From Candidatus Krumholzibacteriota bacterium (GTDB lineage: Bacteria > Krumholzibacteriota > Krumholzibacteriia > JAJRXK01): a stretch of 12,650 bases of DNA. Shown piece by piece: positions 1-6,052 of the stretch; the first letter of the stretch is position 1; each line of letters begins with the position of its first letter. The notes beneath the pieces were generated by a model. That model saw only the letters and a program-made list of their open reading frames with translations. It was not told the DNA's origin and made no database searches. The position numbers and the translations under genes were made by a program. The stretch spans positions 1-12,650 of the forward strand of contig CAWDWO010000021.1 in the NCBI GenBank assembly GCA_963806035.1, written 5' to 3'.

Positions 1-80
1 GAGCTGAGGCAGATGGGCTGCCGGGCACGCTACGCCGAGCCGCCAGGTGCCGGCACGCGGTGCTCTCTGTAGAGTTTGTC

Positions 81-110
81 TGAAGAATTCTGACTCCCGT
101 GCGTCCTCAT
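81..110 (+). promoter_or_regulatory. Candidate autoregulated ECF promoter
   Basis: TGAAGA (81-86), 15 bp, then CGTC (102-105), about 50 bp upstream of the ECF start. It loosely resembles TGAAAC..CGTA/CGTC-type ECF promoters; the spacing is imperfect. Confidence 0.3.
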
Positions 111-156
111 GGGTAGAGGCCTTCCTCATTGCCGGTGGAAGGCACGGAGGACCGCA

Positions 157-798
157 ATGGATTCTCGCTCACTGCAGACGCAACCGGACTCTCTTGCCGC
201 TCTGGCGCAACGGCACGCGGCCGGGGTCTTCCGCTATTTGCGAGCGCTTCTGGGTGACGGGAATGCCGCGCGCGATCTGACCCAAGATACCTTCCTCCGC
301 TTGCGAGCGTCGGCGGACGAAGCGGGTCCGGGGCTTGTCTTTGCGGCTGCGCGCTCCTGTGCGCTCGACCATTTGCGCCGGCGCAAAGTCCGGGAACGCG
401 TCGAGGGCGAATGGGATGACCGAGTGGAGGCCACGGCGGCTTCGAAACCGGCGGAGCGGCCGGACCGTGTCCTGGAAGACGCGGAGTTCCGGGCAGATTT
501 TCTGCGGGCGCTCGGGCAGCTCCCCGAGATCCAACGCTCGGTTTTCCATCTCAGTGAAATCGAAGGGCTGAGCTACGCCGAGATTGCTCGTGTGCTGCAG
601 CTCAGTCCCGGAACCATCGCCTCTCGCAAGCACCATGCGGTGCGCAAGTTGCGGGAGCTGCTTGAGGAGGCGCGGCCATGGCACATGACAGCTGGTACGA
701 ACGACTCGAGGCCTATCTTGACGGCGAGCTCGACGCGAATGCCCGCGCTGCGTTCGAGGAAGAGAGCGCAACGAGGGCCGACTGGAGTGCCGAGCTGA
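157..798 (+). CDS. ECF (sigma-70 group 4) RNA polymerase sigma factor
   Basis: Region 2 motifs (VFRYLRALLG..AARDLTQDTFLRL, ARSCALDHLRRR) and a region 4 HTH (LGQLPEIQRSVFHLSEIEGLSYAEIARVLQLSPGTIASRKHHAVRKLRELL). ATG at 157 follows GGAGG (146-150), so it is preferred over the ORF-track start at 109. Confidence 0.95.
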   Translation: MDSRSLQTQPDSLAALAQRHAAGVFRYLRALLGDGNAARDLTQDTFLRLRASADEAGPGLVFAAARSCALDHLRRRKVRERVEGEWDDRVEATAASKPAERPDRVLEDAEFRADFLRALGQLPEIQRSVFHLSEIEGLSYAEIARVLQLSPGTIASRKHHAVRKLRELLEEARPWHMTAGTNDSRPILTASSTRMPALRSRKRAQRGPTGVPS

Positions 799-1145
799 AG
801 TCGCGCCTTCGCTTCCGTGACGAGGCCCGCCAGGCCCTGCGGGGCGAGGTCCCCGAGGATCTCTTCACCGCGAGCAACGCCACCGAGGTTTCCCCGGGGC
901 AAGCACCAGCCCGAGTTCTCCCCTTTCCGCGATATCGCCTGCGGCCGCTGCTCGCATTGGCGGCGGTTTTGGTGTTGGCGATTCTCGCCCCGAGGCTGTT
1001 GCGCAACCAGCAAGGAGCGGTGGGCCCCCGCTCCACCATCACCATCGACGGTCCCGTGACCGCGCTGGGGTACGGCGAGACGCCGCACCAGACCACGCGG
1101 CTCGAGGCCGGCTGTTTCGATCTGGCGGCGGGAGGTTGCCGCTAA
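678..1145 (+). CDS. Membrane-anchored anti-sigma factor (zf-HC2/ZAS-like N-terminus lacking the Zn ligands)
   Basis: GAGGAGG RBS at 664-670. N-terminus ERLEAYLDGELDANARAAFEE is typical of anti-sigma domains. VLPFPR precedes a TM helix (LLALAAVLVLAILAP). Directly follows and overlaps the ECF gene. Confidence 0.88.
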   Translation: MAHDSWYERLEAYLDGELDANARAAFEEESATRADWSAELKSRLRFRDEARQALRGEVPEDLFTASNATEVSPGQAPARVLPFPRYRLRPLLALAAVLVLAILAPRLLRNQQGAVGPRSTITIDGPVTALGYGETPHQTTRLEAGCFDLAAGGCR

Positions 1146-1158
1146 AGGAGGCACTGTC

Positions 1159-1944
1159 ATGAAGAAGCGTAGTCTCATTCTGGGCCTGGGTCTCATCGCC
1201 CTGCTTTTGGCCACTGGCGCGGCGGGGAAGGAATGGTCCGTGAAGTTGCGTGACGGCAAGACCCATGTAGGACAGTTGATCCGATTGCAGGCCGGACGCT
1301 ATCTGCTGCAAACCGGGGGAACTCTCCTCGAATTGAACGACGACGAAATCGACCCCTCGACTTTCGCCGATCGTGGACGTGGCGAGGCCCAGCCGGCACA
1401 ACCGGTGGTGGAAACGCGATCCTACGACGAGCTGCACGCCGACGGTACGGCCACCATGCATTGGGAGATGCACCTCAAGAACCCCAGCCAACGTACGGTA
1501 ACCGAGCTGAAGTGGGGTCTGGCTCCCTGGGAGCGCGACACGGTGGATCGGCGTGAGTATCGCGATCCTTTCGGCAACCAGCTCACACCCGGCTACGATC
1601 CCCCTCGTGAGGATTGGTCGAAGACCCCGGATGCGCCCGTGCAGGTCATTTTGCCGCTGGCCGTTCCCGTAGCTCCCGGAGAGACCATGACCATCAATTG
1701 CCAGGAAACGTCGGTGCGCAGCCAGAAAACAGAGGCTGGCTTTCGTTATCGCAACATAGGTGATTACGCCGAGAACCGCCTGGTGTGGCTCAAGGTGAGA
1801 TTGCCCCGCGACGCAAAGGTGCAATCGATCAGCCCCGCGCCTACTGCGCGTTTCACAGACGATGGCTACGAGTACGTCATGTGGCGTCGCTACTACAAGG
1901 TGGGACAGGAGACCCCTCTGGAGATTCTCTATGCTCTGAAGTGA
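1159..1944 (+). CDS. Secreted hypothetical protein, third gene of the ECF operon
   Basis: AAGGAGG RBS next to the anti-sigma stop. Clear Sec signal peptide MKKRSLILGLGLIALLLATGAAG. Small beta domain (VKLRDGKTHVGQL...) followed by a beta-rich region. Codon usage is GC3-rich. Confidence 0.88.
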   Translation: MKKRSLILGLGLIALLLATGAAGKEWSVKLRDGKTHVGQLIRLQAGRYLLQTGGTLLELNDDEIDPSTFADRGRGEAQPAQPVVETRSYDELHADGTATMHWEMHLKNPSQRTVTELKWGLAPWERDTVDRREYRDPFGNQLTPGYDPPREDWSKTPDAPVQVILPLAVPVAPGETMTINCQETSVRSQKTEAGFRYRNIGDYAENRLVWLKVRLPRDAKVQSISPAPTARFTDDGYEYVMWRRYYKVGQETPLEILYALK

Positions 1945-2232
1945 GGGGCGCGCAAAGTCCCGTAAGGCAACGCTACGATTGCGAGAACCTCGAACAAGCA
2001 CACCAGCACACTCATGATTTGTGGGCTGGTATTCGCTCTTCCCCAACGCCCCAGAAGACGATCGAGTGCACTCGCACCGCCCACAAAACTCAACCGAGAT
2101 TGTACCAAGCGAAATCTCTTTGTCAGCTATGGACACGAGCGCTTCGAAGTTTGCGGCTTTCGAGTAAGAGGTGAACTCGCCCATCGGCCACTACCCCGCG
2201 CGTCAGCGCGGCTGGCGCAGAAGCTGAGCGTA

Positions 2233-3003
2233 ATGAGCACAAAGGAGGCGACGATAAGGAGCCAAGCTCTCGTGCTCGGGGTTCTTGGATGTCTACTCAT
2301 TCCTGCAATAGGTTGTGGAGCGAGACGTGATTCAAACGCAGAGAACAGTTCGGAGCGAAGAGTGTTGACGACGAACGGGGTCGGAGAGGTGATCGCGTAC
2401 CCAGACAAGGCCGCTCTTCAATTCGCGATCTCAGCAAAGGCGAGCACTTCCGCGGAAGCGACTAAGAAAACGGCACAGCTATACGCGAACATCGCCTCGC
2501 GACTGAAGGAGTTTGGATACGAGAGTCATGACCCCGTTACCAAGTATTTCAGAACGACACAGAACGTCGCGATGGACCGTGAGACCAGGCAACCGTATGT
2601 GACGGGATTTTTGACGGACCATTGCATCCAGATCGAAACAGCGGACGTTTCCCAGATCGGTGAGATCCTGGATGTGGTTCTCGAGGCGGGCGCAACGAAG
2701 ATCGTGGGAGTTCGCTTCTCTTTCAGCAAGAAGCATCATCTTCACGAAGTTGCACTCGCTATTGCGGTCGAGACAGTCCATAAGGACGCGGAGATCATGG
2801 CAAAGGTCGCCGGAGGAAGTCTGGGAAGACTCATGGACATGGATTCGAACTCTTCTTACGGTCGCTTACAGAACTACGCCCAGGATTCCGTGGCGCAGAA
2901 CGCATCGGCAGCTCCCACCACTCTGGTTCCCGACAGTCTGGCGGTGAAAGTCGGCGTGTCTGCGAGATGGGAATATCTGCCGGCCGAGGACAGAAGGAGA
3001 TAG
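2233..3003 (+). CDS. SIMPL (DUF541, YggE/BP26-like) domain protein, probable lipoprotein
   Basis: Motifs LTTNGVGEVIAYPDKAALQFAI, IGEILDVVLEAGATKIVGVRFSFS, ALAIAV...AEIMAKVAGGSLGRL and VKVGVSARW match SIMPL. Start moved to ATG 2233 because it gives an N-terminal hydrophobic signal ending in AIG-C. Confidence 0.88.
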   Translation: MSTKEATIRSQALVLGVLGCLLIPAIGCGARRDSNAENSSERRVLTTNGVGEVIAYPDKAALQFAISAKASTSAEATKKTAQLYANIASRLKEFGYESHDPVTKYFRTTQNVAMDRETRQPYVTGFLTDHCIQIETADVSQIGEILDVVLEAGATKIVGVRFSFSKKHHLHEVALAIAVETVHKDAEIMAKVAGGSLGRLMDMDSNSSYGRLQNYAQDSVAQNASAAPTTLVPDSLAVKVGVSARWEYLPAEDRRR

Positions 3004-3005
3004 GC

Positions 3006-3551
3006 ATGAAACGTACTGAGACGCTTGTCGTTTTGGCTCTGACGGTTGCGGCAGGTTTCCACGCGCAGTCCATGGCGTGTACGGTGATGAGTGTACGCGG
3101 GCCTCGCCAGATCGTTCGGACCGCAAATCTGATCGTGCGCGACACGGCTGTGCACTATGTGAAACCGCATACCGGGGACGTCTGGACGACAGGAGTTCCA
3201 AAGTCGACCGTAGGATTCGATGTGCTAGAGGTTTTACGGGGCAGACTCAAAGGCGACGAAATTCTGCTGCACGCCTATCTCAGCCACGAGGACGATTTCA
3301 ACGACCATCCAGTTCCATATACCTTCGTGCGACGAAACGGTCGAAGAGGCAGCTGCTACGCGAACACCTACCGGAAGGGCGCGCAATTTCTGCTCTTTCT
3401 ACAAGCGCGCGAAGAAGGCCTCGCGGTGAACTGGTGTGCGCCGCGTCCAGTGAACGAACAAATCACGGGTGAGCTGGACCCCTGGCTACTGTGGGTGAGG
3501 GCCGACCTCGCAGGAGCCGTCAGCGATATGGCAAGAGGCGCGTATAGGTAG
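3006..3551 (+). CDS. Secreted protein, possible TIMP/NTR-like OB fold
   Basis: AAGGAG RBS overlaps the end of the SIMPL gene; ATG at 3006. Signal peptide ends SMA|C. The pattern C1...ANLIVR...FDVLEVLRG...SC...Y.KG.QFLLFL...C resembles bacterial TIMP-like proteins. The CDS is solid, the fold call is tentative. Confidence 0.75.
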   Translation: MKRTETLVVLALTVAAGFHAQSMACTVMSVRGPRQIVRTANLIVRDTAVHYVKPHTGDVWTTGVPKSTVGFDVLEVLRGRLKGDEILLHAYLSHEDDFNDHPVPYTFVRRNGRRGSCYANTYRKGAQFLLFLQAREEGLAVNWCAPRPVNEQITGELDPWLLWVRADLAGAVSDMARGAYR

Positions 3552-3580
3552 CAAGTGCTCCGAGCCGAGAATGGTTTGAG

Positions 3581-3617
3581 AAACGCGCGGAGGTAAAAGG
3601 GCCTCCGCGCGCATTTT
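3581..3617. terminator. Probable bidirectional intrinsic terminator between convergent genes
   Basis: Perfect 10-bp stem CGCGCGGAGG (3584-3593) / CCTCCGCGCG (3602-3611) with an 8-nt loop. TTTT follows on + and AAA precedes (TTT on -). Lies between stops at 3551 (+) and 3642 (-). Confidence 0.75.
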
Positions 3618-3641
3618 CGATCAAACTCGTATGAGCAGTGA

Positions 3642-5291
3642 TCACTTTTGCATCTCTTGGAGTTCCTTCTTTTCTTGCTCGTAACGCTCGCGGTTTCGCT
3701 CGAGTTCCGCCTGCATGGTCTTCAGCTCGAGCCGCTGCAGCTCCTGCTGCAGAGCGAAGGTCTGTTCCGTTAGAGCCTGGATGTGCTCGTTATCGTCTTG
3801 CAGCTGGGCCTTGTACATCTCCAACTGGAGATCCTGCAGCTTGTACTCGATCTGCGCGCGCTCTTCGCCATAAGCCAGCTCCGCCTCGAGCTTCTGCTGG
3901 TGGAGCTTGGCTTCCAGTTCGGCGGAAGCGATTTGGCGTTCGAGCCTCTCCGCATCCTCCAGGCGTCCCTCCTTCTTCAGGGCCGCCAATTTCTGACGCA
4001 TCTGCTCGAGTCCCTGCTGAGTTCTCTTCTGGTCGATCTTCAGCTGCACACTCTGGCGCTGACGTTCGAGTTGTTGGAGTTGCCGTTGAATCTGAAACTC
4101 CTGTTGTTGAATCTCGAGTAGCTGTTGCTGGTGTTCTTGCTCAGGGTTGACCTTATCCTGGATCTCCGCCGGCTTCTCCGGCGTCGCGTTTGGTTTCTCG
4201 GCCCAGCCAGGCGTCACCAAAAGGAACAATGCCAGAACCGCATACAGAACGGGCCGCAGGGAAGACGGCATTGGCTTCAGCGAATTATTGGTCAGGATCA
4301 TCTTAATTCTCTCCTTGAGCTGAGAGGTTCCGTTGACTCCGGTAGCGAGCAGAGGAACGGCGGGTTCGTAGGGAGTGAGAAACTCGACGGTCTTCAAGAG
4401 GCTTTGGGCGTAGACGCGCGAGTGCCCCCCGAGATTCTGAAGGACCATGGCGTCGCAGGCCTGCTCTTCCACGTTGCGGAGATGGCGCCGTGCCCACCAG
4501 GCGACGGGGTGCCACCAATAGAGCGCGACGATGAGAAGTTCGAGGGGACGGATCCAGTGATCGCGACGCCGGAGGTGCGCCAGTTCATGCGCGAGGATGG
4601 CATCGAGTTCGTCGTCGTGAAGACGCGCCAGAAGTCCCTCGGGAAAAAGAATCTCGCATCGTCCCCACCCAGGTCTCAGCGAGGGAGGGATCTTCGAGGC
4701 GACCACACGGATGCGAGGGACTCGGTCGAGTCGGAACGGCTTCGCGAGCCGAGCCAGACGCTCTTGAAAAGCAGGCGAACCGGCGGGCACGCCGCGGAGT
4801 TGCCGGCGAAAGCGAACGAGGCGAAGGAGCGACAAAGCCAGAAGGAGAAGGGTCCCCGTAGCGGCCAGGAAGAACGCCAGCTTCAGGATCCGCGCCGTGG
4901 TTTCACCGGGGTCGAGGTGAGAGCGGGTTGCTGAGGCGAGGTCTCGAGCGCTCGAGATCGTTCCCGACTCCTCCAACTTCCCTCGTGGCACGCTTTGCTC
5001 GACCGGTTGGGTCAGGGCCTCCGTTCCTTGCGAGCCGGCGAACTGCTTCGACGTCTCCAGCTCGCCGACTGCAGAACGCTGAGCGGGGGAGGACGAGGAG
5101 TTCTCCCATCGCGGCACCAGGCCGAGCTCGAAGGCGGGTGGGGCGATGAGCCGCAGCAGAACGAGCAGCCACAGGGCATGAAGCAAGGCCGGCCGCCTGA
5201 GGCGTCGGGCTAGGAGTGCGACCGGCAGCGCCAGAGCGGTGGCCGCCACCGCGTTGAAGAAGATGATCTCCATGAGGGCGTGCACGATCAC
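3642..5291 (-). CDS. BlaR1/MecR1-family M56 metallopeptidase with C-terminal Gln/Glu-rich coiled coil
   Basis: N-terminal TM helices (HALWLLVLLRLIAPP), ILAHELAHLRRRD (HExxH at 4575-4589), WWHPVAWW, EEQACD, YAQSLL and LKERIKMIL are all M56 hallmarks. The GTG start overlaps the blaI-like TGA (GTGA). Confidence 0.95.
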   Translation of the reverse strand: MIVHALMEIIFFNAVAATALALPVALLARRLRRPALLHALWLLVLLRLIAPPAFELGLVPRWENSSSSPAQRSAVGELETSKQFAGSQGTEALTQPVEQSVPRGKLEESGTISSARDLASATRSHLDPGETTARILKLAFFLAATGTLLLLALSLLRLVRFRRQLRGVPAGSPAFQERLARLAKPFRLDRVPRIRVVASKIPPSLRPGWGRCEILFPEGLLARLHDDELDAILAHELAHLRRRDHWIRPLELLIVALYWWHPVAWWARRHLRNVEEQACDAMVLQNLGGHSRVYAQSLLKTVEFLTPYEPAVPLLATGVNGTSQLKERIKMILTNNSLKPMPSSLRPVLYAVLALFLLVTPGWAEKPNATPEKPAEIQDKVNPEQEHQQQLLEIQQQEFQIQRQLQQLERQRQSVQLKIDQKRTQQGLEQMRQKLAALKKEGRLEDAERLERQIASAELEAKLHQQKLEAELAYGEERAQIEYKLQDLQLEMYKAQLQDDNEHIQALTEQTFALQQELQRLELKTMQAELERNRERYEQEKKELQEMQK

Positions 5292-5692
5292 TCCTCCTCA
5301 TCAGCCAGGTTTTCGACCAGTTCACGCAGGGTACGAATTTCGTCCTGCGAGAGATTGCGCGCGTCGACCAGCTGGGTCAAAAGAGGGGTGAGCGAGCCCT
5401 CGCACAGCTTGTCCGCGGCATCGCGCAGGCGTTCCCGGATGAGGTCTTCCCTTCGAACCGTCGCCGAGTAGAGATGGGCACGGCCCTTGGGTCGGCGGGC
5501 CACGCAGTGCCGTCCCTGTAAGCGTTCGAGCAGTTTCTGGACCGTGGCGTAATGGGAGACGTCACCGCGCGGATAGAGAATCTCCGTGATGGCGCGGATG
5601 GTCGCGGGACCGTCGTCCCAGAGCACTTTCAAGACGGCCAACTCCGCGTCCGGGACGGCGACGTGGGGGCCTCGTTTCCAGAGTCGTTTCAT
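5288..5692 (-). CDS. BlaI/MecI/CopY family transcriptional repressor
   Basis: DAELAVLKVLWDDGPATIRAI, YATVQKLLERL, AHLYSA, GSLTPLLTQLV and LSQDEIRTLREL fit the family. GAGGT RBS upstream. Translationally coupled to the M56 gene. Confidence 0.96.
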   Translation of the reverse strand: MKRLWKRGPHVAVPDAELAVLKVLWDDGPATIRAITEILYPRGDVSHYATVQKLLERLQGRHCVARRPKGRAHLYSATVRREDLIRERLRDAADKLCEGSLTPLLTQLVDARNLSQDEIRTLRELVENLADEEE

Positions 5693-5707
5693 GGGGTGCC
5701 ACCTCTC

Positions 5708-5748
5708 TCAGACGAACTGTCTTGGTAAACCTAAGACAATCCGTCTGA
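5708..5748. promoter_or_regulatory. Tandem palindromic operator boxes for the BlaI-family repressor
   Basis: TCAGAC-N5-GTCTTG (5708-5724) and TAAGAC-N5-GTCTGA (5732-5748), implied consensus TAAGAC-N5-GTCTTA. One box lies in the promoter spacer/-10, the other over the predicted +1. Confidence 0.75.
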
Positions 5749-5756
5749 GGCGTCAA
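5728..5756 (-). promoter_or_regulatory. Sigma70-type promoter of the blaI-M56 operon
   Basis: On the - strand, TTGACG (5756-5751), a 17-bp spacer, then TAGGTT (5733-5728), about 35 bp upstream of the ATG. Confidence 0.72.
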
Positions 5757-6052
5757 CCCCACGGTGTACCGAAATTCAAACGCACAGCCCTGTCGCAACT
5801 TATCATGCTCTCTGGTACCCCGCGGGGATGACTTCCGCATCCCAAGTGAAGCTTCTCCTAGTCATCCTCGTGGGCCGGGTCGATCGGCAAGATAGCTGCG
5901 CAAAACACCATCTTCTTAGACTTGAGTATGGCCGACATTCACTGCCACCTTCCGGGCATCCTGCTCGACGACAGACGCGCCAACGGCGATCACGTTTTGA
6001 TCTGGGCGTCGGGGAGCGGAAGTGCTCGTTCGACGAAAGACCTCGAGGTTTC

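Noticed and set aside
1..72. Possible 3' end of an upstream + strand gene (ELRQMGCRARYAEPPGAGTRCSL*)
   Set aside because: Too short to support or identify.
109..156. Upstream ATG extension of the sigma ORF
   Set aside because: No RBS. ATG 157 has GGAGG and gives a normal ECF N-terminus.
1039..2184. 381-aa antisense ORF, plus other long shadow ORFs (169-771, 573-1259, 4125-4934, 7541-8221, 10437-11201)
   Set aside because: They overlap well-supported genes on the opposite strand, show no motifs, and are expected in high-GC DNA.
2014..2232. 73-codon N-terminal extension of the SIMPL ORF
   Set aside because: It is not protein-like and would bury the signal peptide that starts at 2233.
3650..4140. 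CTG/TTG-rich quasi-repeats
   Set aside because: They reflect Gln/Glu/Leu codons of the coiled coil, not a DNA repeat or CRISPR array.
3006..5291. TIMP-like protein as inhibitor of the neighbouring M56 peptidase
   Set aside because: The M56 active site faces the cytoplasm or membrane while the TIMP-like protein is exported, and the genes are in separate convergent units.
3642..5692. Beta-lactam resistance locus (blaI/blaR1/blaZ)
   Set aside because: No PBP-like sensor domain and no beta-lactamase in the window, so gene symbols were withheld.
5757..6052. Short ORFs and small palindromes (GGGATG-N7-CATCCC at 5825-5843, ACCTCGAGGT at 6040-6049) between the kinase and blaI-like gene
   Set aside because: No recognisable product or U-tract; compatible with chance.
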